From the NCBI GenBank assembly GCA_004431415.1, contig QPMI01000246.1, positions 51,295-115,294 of the forward strand: a stretch of DNA of 64,000 nt, in the 5' to 3' direction. The position numbers and the translations under genes are program-made. Below the pieces are notes generated by a model, which saw nothing but the letters and a program-made list of their open reading frames with translations, searched no databases and was not told the origin of the DNA. This DNA is from Cyanophora paradoxa CCMP329. Lineage: Eukaryota; Plantae; Glaucophyta. Shown one piece after another: positions 1 to 12,762 of the stretch; position 1 is the stretch's first letter; each line of letters begins with the position of its first letter.

Positions 1-580
1 AAGGTACTACAGTTCATTGTACTACTGTTACCGCCGGCCGCGGGCCTGGAAGCCGCTGAGTCGGCGCTGGCTCGCCGGGCGGCGAGTCGGCGCTGAGCGG
101 AGCGCCGGAGCTCCGGAGGCTGCGGAGCGGCCCGGCGCCGGCGCCGGCGCCGGCCCGGCGGGCCCCCGGCCCCGGCCCAGCGCTAGCGCTACTACCGGTA
201 CTACTTACTAAGTTAGTAAGTAGGCTAGCGGCGGACACCCGCCGCCGGTGACCGTCGGACAGTCACTGAGTGACCGCCTGCCAGGCTGCCCGGGCGGAGC
301 CTGCGGCCTGCCAGGCTGGCCTGGCTGGGATCATCGCGATCGGATATCGATCCGCGCTGGAATCACGGGCATCATCGCCGAGTCGTATAATATATATATC
401 ACCGTGGCACATGTACGTATACAGCTGCAGTTTACTGTTTACGTGAGCATCGCGCGCGCATGCGCATGCGGCAGATCTAGATCTAGATACGTATATACTT
501 GGCCTGAACTCGAAGAAGATCACATCGTTTGGCCTGTAGCTATAGCTATAGCTAGTATACGTATACGCAGCGTCGCAGCC

Positions 581-3500
581 ATGAGGAGCAAAGTCTGCGC
601 TCTTGAGCTTGTATCTAGATCTCTTGTAATCCTCGCCGTGTTAGCGACCGTACTTCCGAGCTGCGACGCCGGGAAACGCGTCCGCGGATTCGTGGACCCT
701 CCTCGGCACGCAGGCCCTGCAGGCCTGCAGAACGAAGTCGAGGACTTCTACCAGCGAGCCGGCGGCCGTCAGCTTGCGAGCAGCCCTCTGTCAGAGCGCT
801 CCAAGTCGACTCCTTTCCGTCTCAAGTCATCCCCTCAGGAATCGTCTTCGCTCCCTCTGCCACGTACGTTCAAGAGTACTTTCGACGGCACCGATCCTTC
901 GGGACGGTGCGCTCGCGATCGCCATCGGAATGCGAATATGCATTAGATAAATGCGTGCATTAAATATAATGTAGTACTCACACGCGCGCACGGACAGGCC
1001 GGTGCGCGCGTCGAGCGAGCTGGAGGGACCCGCTCCGAATTGCATATCTCTGGATGCCCTCTGGCAGGTCTGACCCCGGCCGGGGTCCTGAGCACGCGAG
1101 CCTGAGCTCACGCCGTTGACGTCGCGATCGCCGGCGCCTGTGCATATGCATGCGCACTGCAGGTCGCGTCAGTCGAATGCTCGGCTCAGAGTTCTGCCGA
1201 TGGACGCGTGCGCGTTCGGGTGGGGCTGGACGGGGTCGACGCGTCCACATTCGCGGCGCGTCTGGAGCCGCGTGTGACTATCATCCATGGAGGTGCGTGC
1301 GCATGCGCAGTTCATGACGCGAATCTGTGTTTGCATGCACGTGACGTGCGTACTATCTCGGCTCGACAGGACGAGACTGGAAGTGCGCCAAAACGCCGGA
1401 GGGAACCGACACTTTCTTCACGGTCGTTGTCAGCTCGGTCCGCATTCCAGCGAGCGGCGCCAGCTCGAACATCGTCGAGATCGACGGCAGAGAAGCTAGC
1501 CCTTTGGTGTGTTGCAGTTGCGCGCAGATCTAGACATCCGATCGCTCTTTCTCATTCAGAGTTCCGATTGCGAAGGTCTGCTTCAAGCGGGCCCGGCTCT
1601 CACAAGAGATGGACCTCACAGTCGAGCAAACGGAAAGCGTCCTCCGCAATCGCAATTTGCTCGCGTACTGGAGCACATCAAAGTCTTTGCAAACGGCACA
1701 GCCTTTCACGTTGAAGGACAAAACTATCAAAGAGGAGGGGCCTGTTTCCATCAAGTGCACGTCTTGCTCATTTGCTATTGGGGCGACTTTGTTCTTCGAA
1801 ATCGATGTCTCTCTGGGTGCCCTGACTTGTCGTCTCCGCTTGGCCCTTCCAAGAATATCGATCATGACCCCGCGCTTCTCCCGCAGAGGCACTGCACCTT
1901 ATCAGGCTGAAGATAACCGTTCCAATCGAGGGAGACTTCAACTTCGTCTGTTTCTTTTATTCTGCAGATGCTATTCTTTCTTCACACCGGCTCGCATATA
2001 TGCAGACAATGTCGCTGGCGGCAAGTCAGCCCGGCTTCTTGGAAATGGGTATATATATGTGAACGTCTGGCTTAAAAAACTCGCGTTGATGCCTTCAATT
2101 GCGGGAAAAGATTTGGATAAAGAACTCGGAGACGATGTGCCGCTGGCAAGTGTTGGCGGTCTCGACTTGGCCACTATTGGGCTCAAGAAAGTGCACCGGG
2201 GGATCCTCTGGATGTCTACGGACTTTGCGCTGGATCTTCACTTTCGCTTCCAATTCAAAACGCAGTTGCAATTCTTGGCTGAATACGTGCGCGGCTCCGG
2301 CGCCAGGGTGAGTTTTCTGCAGCTGCTTTTAGATACGCAGAACTATATAGCTACAGCGTCCTTTCAACTCATCGACATCTGCATGCGCAGTTTGACTTCA
2401 GCACTGGAAATGACGGATTTATCAAAACCAATTTCGTCCCGCAACTGAAAAGACCTATGTCCTGTACGGGTTTTCTTGTCTACACTATGATTATTGAATG
2501 CAGGTACCAGCGAAAATATTAATAAATTCATGCAGACGGAAAGTTCTTCATTGGCACGGGCCCTCACTGGTCCGCTTCTATCTTCGTGGGAGCGAAAACG
2601 CGGTCCGGTTTCAGTTTTCTGGATGACTGGCTGCTGCGGGCGGGCTTCGAACTCAAATGGGAGACTGGCCGGTACAAAGGGAACACGTACGCCCTGCAGT
2701 ACTTCGGGGGAGAAGAAGAGAAGTCTGCTGCTGTCGTCGACGAGGACCCGCATCTTCTGCTCGAGCACTATGAAGCTGAGTTCCGCAAGAACGTGTTTTC
2801 TCTTGAAACGTTTTTCAGCGTCTTGTCCGGACCTCAGGCGGTGAGAACAGGCGCTGTCGCATTTGCGCGTTCGCCTCTGATCATGACATGCATATGCATG
2901 ATGCAGAAAGTCGACAAATCTGACTTTGTGTCCGACGCCAAAAGCGAAGGCCGACCCTATGCGAGCCTCAAGATCCCTGGTGAGAGCTCTGGGGCCCTAT
3001 ATAGCTAGAAAGTTCCGCACTGCAGCTCACACCAAGCTAATTAAGCTTCTCGCACGTGTACAGGACCCCGATTCCCGAGCAAACAGATACCTTCTGAAAT
3101 CGTTTTGGATCTCGAGGACAAGGCGACGCGAACCTTGAATCTTGAAGGACAAATGGGCGGCTCCGAATTCTTCATTTTTGGGCGGACCCTCTTCTGTACA
3201 GCCGCGCAGCTGGCTGCGACCACAAACGCGATTGTGAACACCCCAGTTGGGGACATTTTTTGCAAGCTGAACCTCTCCGCGACTGTCTACACTCTCTCCT
3301 CCGCGCCAGGAAGCCGCCGTACACTAGACGGTTTGGACGTCAAGATCTCCCGGGTTGAGGAGGCCGCCCAGAGCGCTAACGTCCAAGATCTCATGAACGC
3401 GCTCGATGGAGTGGCGAAGTTCAAGGTGGAGATCGCTCCAAAGGTCAAGGCCCCAACTTCCTCTGGAATCTACCGGGTCTTTTTGTGCGCGAGAGACATG

Positions 3501-6500
3501 CTTATTATGCGCAACTGCCGAAGCACTCTCGTCAAAATCGGAAAAGGTGCCACTCCTGCCCCCGTCGCCGAATTCGAAGCCCCCCTGCCCCGACGTCGCC
3601 CCAGCTGAGTTTCGCCGTCTTCTCAATGTGCGCTCGCAGCTCCTACGCTCTCGGTAATCCAGGCAGGAGATGGCTACGCGGACCGCCTCATTTTAGCATT
3701 TATCAGTGCCACCGTCGACTCGGCGACCGGGTCCTTCGAACAAGTGAAGTGAGCGATTTGAAATCTGCTAATTATACAAATTAGCCCGTGCTGTTGAGCT
3801 CATTTGCTATCCGCTCCCGCATTAAGAGTAAAGACGACGGGCGCACCCGGCCTTGTAGCATACCGAACGATCTCCGACGGAGTTGTCGTGCTGGCCCTAG
3901 CTCCTTCAACTTCTAGCGGTTCAAGATCGATCACCGTCTCCGTCACAGATTCCATGGGGCTGAATACCTCGCTGTCGGTTCCCTTCAACGTGATGCCGGG
4001 TCTGCATTCCGATATATAGCAATCACGCGCCAGCGAAATCGATTCCTCACCTTCCCCCATCGGGCAGCACTTGCAATTGGAGCGATGCCGAGTGAGAGCT
4101 GCAGCTGGTTTAACGCGCACCGACTGTCGGATTATGACAAACACGAATTCAAGACAGAGATTGCGCTGCAACCCGGAATGCAATGTGTTTGGTGTGCTGC
4201 GGTCTTGTTCACACATTCGGCTTAAAGCTTAGATTGCGTTGGTGTGCTGCAAACTTTCGGGGAAAGACATGACTGGCAAATCCGCGAACAGGCAGTTCCT
4301 GGCGGCTAATTCTTCTCGGATGATGATTCGAATTGAGTTTGCTCCAGATTCAGCGTCTAGCTGCCCTTCCAAAGAGCGGAACGTTACTGTGCGCACGTGC
4401 ACTCGCCGCTACATAGCTGCCATACATTTCCGCGCAACCTTGTCATGATCAATCGCAGATTTACGATGGAATCTCACCTCGAAGTCCGATTCGATCTGCA
4501 GGCGGGCTCGATCACGATCTGACTTCATCCGGTTCGGGGGCGTTCGTCATTTTGCAGACAAAGGCAGGATGCGCCTCTGGCACGGTGACAATGACCGTTC
4601 GGCGTCGTGCGTCGCTCTGTGTCTTGTCGGCATTCAGCGCGATCTCCGCTAATCTGTGATTCTTCCGCGGTTGGCTCTAGTCTGCTCCATTGGAAAGACT
4701 ACAGCATGGTCAATTGCAAGCTCTCATGCAATTCTATCCGATGGAAGTGGAGAATGGTCTTTGCCATCAGGCCGCGACTTAGATACATCGTACTCGGAAT
4801 TCAAGTGCAACTGGTTCATCAAACCCCCGGGGACCGGAAGGATTATTGCGGTTGCAAAAGAATTCGATATTGGCGCGCGCGTCCATCTGTTTTCTTTTTT
4901 CGTCTTCTCGCTTTAGCATCATTCTCTAATCTTTTCGCTTTGAGCTTACATGCGATTGCCGTTTACAGGAAGCGGATTATTCGAAGTCAGTCAAAATCCT
5001 CGCTGGGAACGCCAGGAGATCTACAAGGTATGGAAAGAGTGCTGCAGCACATCTTGGATTTCTCTCGAGTGGTGTTTTTGGCCTGTTGGAGAAGTGACTA
5101 AGTGCGCCGAGCCTGTGTACGGATATGTTTATACAAAGGACGTTTTGTTCAAGTCATCAAACCGGGATCTTTCTCTGGACACACCGAAGCACTTGACCGT
5201 TGCGAACGCTGGTTACATGATTGAATACACTCCTTCCAAGTTTTCCCGCACTCCCGGGTTTGCTGTAGAATACACACAAGGTTTGTGTTTTGTACTGATA
5301 TATATTATTTGCATTGTAATTCTGATATATGATATATATTATTTGCATTGTAATTTTGATGTGATTGCTGATTCGGATGCACTTGCAACGGGGACTCCGG
5401 AACAGTTTGTGACGGGTGGCGAACAGTGCGAGATCCTCTCGAGTTTACGATCTCCGACGGGGCCAGAGGTTACGCGTATCCGTCCACGATGAATTGCGGC
5501 TGGTGCGAACTTTAAATTAGTGGAGCTCGAGCTAGAGCCCGTGAAAGTTTCTAAATAAATTCTTAAAGACGTTCGGATTCGCGCAGGACGGTGCTGAGAC
5601 CTGACAAGAGCTCAACGCAGCCAGTGATGCTTTACTTTGATGCGCTGAATCTTCCTTGGGGAGCAGCGCTTTCCCTCTACGACGCCGAATGTGGAGTCGT
5701 GACCAAACAAGAAACGGGACGCGTGGTTGGCATCGAGAACCCGATGCTGCAGGCATCTTGGAAGATCGGAGAATATTTCTACGGCAGTCAGGCGAACATC
5801 ACCATGGCCAGGTCTCTCTGAGTTTCAAATCAGATAAACATCATTTTTGGTTGCTCATGATCCACCACCGGATTCAGCTTGAACAAAACTCCTCCGAAGG
5901 CATACAAGTGTCTTGTCGCCAAGCTCGTCTATAATTCAAATTCTCGAATTCGTACCCGTGATTTGCTGCAAAGCTCTCCAGTGGATTCAACTTTACGATC
6001 GGGCTTCGAGTTCACCATGTATCAGGGTGCGAATTGCTCGTTTATTTTTCTTCGCGTTGAACTGACGCGTACAGTTTTAGTTTGCAGTGGCCACAAAGAT
6101 GTACTCCTCTCACGTAAGTGATTGCGCCGACCTTCCCACGTGGAATTCCGAGCACGACTGGCTTGCTGTGCAGATGGAGAGATCTCCGACGGCTCTGGCC
6201 CTCTATCCTACAGCGGACAGACAACATGCACCTGGAAGATCTCTGGCCCAGGGATGGGGATCATGAGTTTGACAATTGTATCGCTTTCGTTATCCGGCCA
6301 GGACACCCTGATCATTCGCGACGGCGGCAACACGTTCTCCCGGGTCATGAAGACATTCACGTCAGCTGATGAAGGAACCCTGCCTGACACTGCGACGCCG
6401 TTGAATGCCACAGGTGCTGTTTGTTGCAGACGCGGGTTCCGACTTCTCATGAACTTTGATTTGTCGCCAGGCACTGAAATATTTGTCGAATTTAAGAGCT

Positions 6501-9500
6501 CCGGTGTCGGATCAGCCGAAGGGTTCAGAGCGCGCTTCGCCCAAGGTGAGGTCTAAAGAGTGGTAGCTTTAATCATCACATAAGGCGTGCACGTGCTTAC
6601 TCGTCATATGCAGCCAACGCCAAGCCATTTTGCGAATCGCTTTTCGACGTACCCAAAACCGCCTCTGGTTTTATTGAGGACGGGTCGGGGACTGGACTGT
6701 ACTACCCCAATACGTTCTGCAGATGGCAAGTGCCCGGCCCATGCCACTTGCACCTGAACTCGGGCGTTGTTACGTTTACTGACCTCGAACTGTTCCGAAT
6801 TCAGGATTATCCGCAAGAATTCGCCAGGCTATCTATGGCTCAAATTTGTGGACGCCGATCTCGCTGAAGGAGACAATATTATGGTCTTTGATCGTGCGTC
6901 CGTTTTTCGCAGTTCTTGGTCTCATGATCAGTTGGTCGTGATCAATAAATCGATCCTGCGAACTTTTTCGCAGTCCCAGACTCTAGCGATTGGGACGCAC
7001 CCGGCAATGATGAAGAGCTCCTGGTTGACGCGTCTTTCTACCGTAACACCACGCAACAAGAGCCGGTCATCGGTTCGAAAGGCGCCCTTCTCGTCGTATT
7101 CGATGCCACGAAGTCCGTCATGAAAAGACCGACGCACCGAGGCTTCAACGCGACCTTCGAAACACGTCCGGTGATTTTAAGCGGTATTCCGAGCGAGAAT
7201 AATACCCCCTCCAGGTCAATACTGCAGCGGCGTCCAACGCGTGATTATCGAGGGCTCCGGATCCGGGGGACTTACTCTAACGGACAAGGGCATCGTTTCT
7301 GCCATCGAAAGTCGGCTCCTCGAAGATTTCTACTTACCCAATTCGAACTGCACTTGGTGCGCTGTACATGGCAATCGGGTACATGGACTCGGTCTGATCA
7401 TGATGCATGCACGTTATAAATAGGATCATTCAAGCTGGAGCGAGTAGCATGGTTTCGCTGACCTTGAAGTTGGACTCGGATTCTATCCGTCTCGAAAGCG
7501 GGGACAGCGTGTCTATCTACGATGGAGCTGGCCATGGCATCAATGGAGCGCGTCTCCTGACATTCGGATCACGCGCACAGCTTCAAGACGATCAGATGTT
7601 GAACGACATTGCGGCACAGCAAAAGCTAATTAATACAGATGCGAATACATTTGAGTATTCAAACGCCACCGGTACCGTGAAAGTTGTGTCGAGTACCAGC
7701 TTCTTGACGGTCGTTTTCCAATCCGATGGCGAGCGAGAGAACAGAGGATTCGCTGGCTTTGTTTTGACCGAAAGTGTGTTTACGCTCAACTTATCATGAC
7801 CATGAAGCCTCGCAAAGCGAGTAGCGCTAGCTTTCTGACTCGAGTTCCTGCGCTTGCAGAGCCAATGGATGCGCCGAAATGCAGACCTTCGTCCACGATC
7901 ACTGCTCTATCTTCAACGATCAACGATGGTTCTGGTGCTGAAATGTACTCCCCAAGATCAGACTGCAGCTGGTGCGGGGAAATAATCTTATTAATGTCAT
8001 CTAAATGGATTCCATCTCATTCTGGAATCTATTCGCATGCGCATTTGCAGGCTCATAAAACCCGATACTCCGCCCGGATCTCGCTTGGGGACGATCTCAG
8101 CCATCTTCTCTTCGTTCGAGTTGTCGGCGTCGAAATCTTCTACCGACAACGTCTGCCTCTACAGCTCGACAGACCCGACGGCTGCGGGAGTCTGTTACAG
8201 TTCGAGGATTCCGCCGAGGATGGACACTCCTTATCTCAGCACCACGGGGCTCATCCTGGTCCGCTTCCGCTCGGGTGATGGATACTCCAGCAGGGGCCCG
8301 GGCTTCGAGTTGAAGTACGACACGGATGTGAATCACTGCAAGCAAGAGACTCGCATATCATTGTCAAAGTCCCAGACCGCGGTTCTACAGAGCAACACCA
8401 TAAACGGAATATTTAGCTATCTTCCTTCAGCGGAATGCCAGTGGTGCGTGAGTGATGCGGTTCAAGAGAAGCTGATAATTATATAAGTAAATGTAATTGC
8501 GCGCATTTCTTAGGATTATTTCGGTCGACCGAGGATCCGTCCTTCGTATCAACATGACGCGACTATTCACGGAGTCCCTTGTAGACAATGTGACTGTGCG
8601 TTCGCCGATGCGCGATTGTGGTTTAAAGCTTAAGCTTCCGGATCCGATCGCGCCAACCACGAGCAGATGACTGAGACACTCTCTGCCGCCATGGCACCAG
8701 TCGCAAACGGTACCGCTCGAAAACTGTCGGCAACTGCGGCCGTGCAGACCACAATTAATCTAGACGCAAAGAGTGGCGTCCTACTTGAACCATTTACCGT
8801 CGTCGCTCGCGGCGGAGATGTATCCGTGCGGTTCAAATCCGATTCGCGTGTACAGGGGTACGGGTGGACTGCCCAGGTCACCGCCGGTAAGCTTGTCCCA
8901 TTGATGTCGCCGTTGGGTTCGAGTTCGCTGCCTTCGATCCTGAATTCCAACCTGGCGCAGTTTCCCCGCCTGTGGATCGTTTATCGCTGATGGACCTTGT
9001 CCGAGTGCCATCAACCTCCATCGTTCTTCGAACCCGCATTAATGCCGAATTCACTTCCTGGACAGATTCAAGTGCGTTTGGAATGTATACGTATTTTCTG
9101 GGATACCATTTCGCTAAATATAAAATGCATTCGCAGATTCGGAGCAGGCCCGACAGGACATCGCAACCAGCGGGGGCGTCGGGGCTTCTCGCGTCCGCAA
9201 TATGGGGGTCGAGAAAGGAAGCGTCGTGCTCATTTCAGAAATAGCGGAAGGGACAACTGGGCAGCTCACTCCTGAAGCGGCAGCTATTCGGCTACAAAAA
9301 ACTGCGGCCGAAGGGCTCCTTCTAATAGCAGGTTTCCGTGTGCTGTCCCTTGATTTCGAGAGAGGAACAGGCAACGAAGGTCCGAGGAGTGCAGAGGGCA
9401 GTGCTGCTGTGGCTGAGCTGCGCGTTCCTGTCGCAGGCACGATCGATGTGAGCCGCGCCGAATTCTTCGGGACGTCGACGTCGACGTCGACGTCGACGCC

Positions 9501-9948
9501 GACATCGCAGCCCCGGGGCGTCGATCCCCAGCCGACCTCGAGCGGTTCGAGCAGCTCGAACATCGCTGCGATCGTCGGAGGCTCCGTGGGCGGCGCGGCG
9601 GTGGCGGCGGTGATCCTCGTCGCCCTCGTCGTCTTCATTCGCCGCCGCCGCGACCAAGCGACGGGCGCAACGAGCTCGAGGGAGCACGCGTCGGGCCCGG
9701 AGGCGCCGGTGCAGGTCCAGAGCGGGGCCATGCCAGCGGCTCATGATCAGCTGCAGCCGCCTCCGCCTGCCCATGTACGCATGGAGGAGGTGGTGATCGC
9801 GGAGGAACCGCATGCGCAGCTTCCAGCTAACGCTGCTTCTAATATTCGAATTCATGCGGCCAATATTAATGGCCAGGCCGCGAACGTTAACGTCACGCCT
9901 GCTCGAGCTCCCGATGTAGCCCAAATTGCGACACTGGAGCTCGCGTAA
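581..9948 (+). CDS. Very large multi-exon type I membrane protein: signal peptide, unassigned N-terminal region, Ig/cadherin-like segment, ~8 CUB-like domains, juxtamembrane module, TM helix, short cytoplasmic tail
   Basis: ATG 581 MRSKVCALELVSRSLVILAVLATVLPSCDA is a signal peptide. CUB hallmarks recur: ISDGSG..Y....C.W.I, IYDG and GF...Y/F (e.g. EISDGSGPLSYSGQTTCTWKI at ~6175, INDGSGAEMYSPRSDCSW at ~7920, VSIYDGAG at ~7510, GFELKY at ~8300). TM IAAIVGGSVGGAAVAAVILVALVVFI-RRRR at ~9560-9650; stop 9946-9948. Continuity across 3500-4600 is inferred. Confidence 0.75.
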
Positions 9949-10312
9949 ATCCAGCAATCAATTAAATCTTCGAATTCGAGCGCACGACCTATTTTGATTC
10001 CGTATGTATATATGCGTTTAATTTCGATTTCGCTTCTCAATTCGATCCGATTTAATTTAGAGTTTTCGTTTCGAAGCAGCATATATCTATAGATCTGGCT
10101 TGTCACAGTGTTTTCGAACGGAACATATATGATGTACAGCGTGAATAGTCGTAACTATAATGCACATCGACATCTGGCGAGTGAGAGGGCAGCTGTAGCC
10201 GAGGACGTTTGAATATATGAATATTCTCCAGATGCAATTAGCCTTTAGCTAGAGGTGTATCTTCAGATGTTAGTAAGTATTACGGAGATGGGCTCTTCAG
10301 GGGTCAGGCGGC

Positions 10313-12059
10313 TTGCAGCATGCAGTTGGCCATGGGCTGTGCGTGGCGTCGGCGGCGGGGGTGGGGTGCGCAGAGTGCACGGTTGCATTTGGAGCAGGCG
10401 TCGAGGAGGAAGTCGATTCGGCGACAGGCAAATACATCCCAGGGGTCAGTATGACTGCGAATCTGGACACCGAATTCTCAGCATGGAACGCAAGCCAAGA
10501 GAACGTGTGGGCATCTGGAAAGTAATAAAAACCGGAGACAGGCCAGTAAACGGGCCTGACGACCGGTACAGTCCCATCAGGGTGTCCGTTACAGGCAGCA
10601 GGGTAGCCTCGCGAAGGGGTCGATCAGCAAAGGCCGCCACGCCTGTTGCAGTAACGTTTTCGTTGCTGCAGAATTCGAATGAACCCGGTTCGCCAATCCG
10701 CGCAGCAGCGGTGCTCGATACCGACCAATGCAATGTGCAAGCAGGTATGTGTCCGACTGAGGCGGCGGCACTTCTGAAGAGCCGGTCTGCACTTCTGAAT
10801 TCTGAAGATCACGGGCCTGCAGCAGAAATCCTTCATTTACGCCGGTGTGCATGCTTGCGTGCACTCTGTGTTAATTCATGATCATTTGTAATAACTCACA
10901 ATCGAGGGGCAGGTGTGGTCATGATCACGAGCCCCGGCGGAGGCAACACCAACGCCAACGAACACGCGTGCGCCATCTGGAAAACTCGCTGCGACGCAGT
11001 CATTGCCTGGGAACAGGAGCACGGCATCACGTCAGGCAAAAAGCGCACTAAGCGGGCCAACACCGACGCCCGCTCAGGCCTCGGCCATGCCGGCCCCGGC
11101 ACCAATATTAATTCCTCTCAACCCGACTACCCGATGCCCCTCGCTCGACCGTCCACAAGTCACGGTCACGGAGTACATCGGCGGGGCAGCTCCCGCCCTG
11201 GAAGCCGAGTTGGCGGCGCTCACTTGGAGGAAACCGGCAAAGGCACCCGGTCAGCACCCAGCTCAGCAGCAGGACAGCCAGCCCCCCCGCCGCAGCGCCC
11301 GCCTCCGCGAAATAGAAGCGCGACGCCCTCGCTGCGACACCTGCAGGGCAAGCTTTGCCTCCACCCGCCTGTGCCTACGTCACCTGGCCACGGGCCTCTG
11401 CTTCGATGCCGTGCCAGGCTCACTGCTAGAGGACCGGCGCATATTATGTTCTGGAGGTGACTCGGTAGACTACAGCTAAAGCACCAGCTCGACACGACTA
11501 GTAGCTGTAGCACTCTTGTCATATATCTCCTCCTGCAGTCAGCATCAGCATCCCAGTATCCGGTAGGCGAGGAGCGGGGGACTGTTGTCAAGTGTGTACG
11601 AATGCATGCGCAGCAGACTTTCCAAAAAAAGGCAACACCAACGCTAACTCTGGCTCCCCCTCGAGGCTCGAGCTCCTCCTCCGGGTCCTCAGTCTCCGCC
11701 GGCGCCATCGCAGGCGGAGTCGTCGGCGGTGTCGCGGGGCTCGCCCTCGTCGCCGGCGGCATCTTCCTGTACCTCCGGCGCGGCCGCAGGCGCGAGGCCG
11801 CGGCCACTGCCGGCGCGCTTCCGTCCTACGGCAGTTCCATGCGGACCGCATGCCGAGGAGGTCCGCATGCGGCCCGAAGACGGCCCCGGCGGCGGACAAC
11901 GCGAATTCGAAGCCGGCGTCCGCGTGGGAGGCCGTCCAGCAGCAGCAGCCCGGAGCCGGAGCCGGGCCCGTGGCGACGTCCCACGTGTACGTGGCGATCG
12001 ACGAGGACGGGCGTGATCGCGATCGCGAGCCGGCGGGCAGAGGCCACCTCGTCATCTAA
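10313..12059 (+). pseudogene. Fragmentary, probably degraded paralog of the type I membrane protein family (juxtamembrane module, TM, tail)
   Basis: TM SAGAIAGGVVGGVAGLALVAGGIFLYL-RRGRRR at ~11695-11790 resembles the upstream gene. The plausible tail (PKTAPAADNANSKP...GHLVI*) is in another frame with no usable intron between. No clear signal peptide; interrupted by foreign sequence at ~10915-11480. Confidence 0.45.
10915..11479 (+). mobile_element. Probable 5'-truncated non-LTR retrotransposon (LINE) 3' fragment
   Basis: IWKTRCDAVIAWEQEHGITSGKKR resembles the IWKxRC...WE...GIT C-terminal motif of some LINE ORF2 proteins (recalled, not searched). A CDTC-x12-H-x5-C zinc-finger-like segment follows in a shifted frame. 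The stretch is intron-free, unlike its neighbours. No target-site duplication or polyA identified. Confidence 0.4.
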
Positions 12060-12762
12060 TTCGATGAAACTCCATCGAATGGTCCATTCGCGTTTTTCTC
12101 TTCGTCATTACTAGTACTAGTTAGCATTATCCGGGTTTCACATCAACGGATCCGGATTAGGATCAGAAGTTCAGACTCAACTCTGCATGTCTATGACCGC
12201 ATGCGCACGATCATCGGATTAATTATATTGAGTATGACCTCACGTTCTTGCAATTCAGCTCAACCGATTAGGATCAGAATTAAATATTCAGACTCATAGA
12301 GTGCTTGCTTCACGCATATATAGCGTATATACGAAGAGCAATTGCGACATATATTGCTCCAGCGTTCGAGTCCCGGGATCCGGAAGGGCAGTTGGTGGGG
12401 GCCTTGCGCTTTTATAACTGCCTTTAAAAGCACTTCAGACGTGCTCAGTAGTAGTTCCGCGCCAATTGTTAAATTTGCTGTGCTCCGCTAGAATTTCGGC
12501 TGGACTTGTATGGCGGCGTAGGCGTATAATTAAAAGTGGAGTCCACCAACGACACAGGCGGCCGGGCGGGGTACCTTCCCCCTTCTGGAATGATGTCTAA
12601 ACCCCATCATTCCATTCAATTCTGGAATGCTGGAATCAAATGCAATTTAATTTGGGTCTGGGACGCAGTAATATATGTACTACGGTAACAGCCTGGCAGA
12701 TCTAGCTATAGAATGCTGAGAAACTGAGCTATAGAATCGTGATCGCCGATTGCTCATAACGC

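Noticed and set aside
1-560. Coding potential of the upstream ORFs at the window start and at 37000-38500
   Set aside because: This is low-complexity CAG/CTG/GCC and palindrome-rich intergenic DNA without splice-consistent exons or motifs.
9474-9500. (GTCGAC)n array as a separate element
   Set aside because: It is a short coding microsatellite encoding the Ser/Thr linker; a similar run lies in a 3' UTR at ~41370.
12340-12400. B-box-like GTTCGAGTCCC suggesting a tRNA or SINE
   Set aside because: No cloverleaf or A-box could be built around it.
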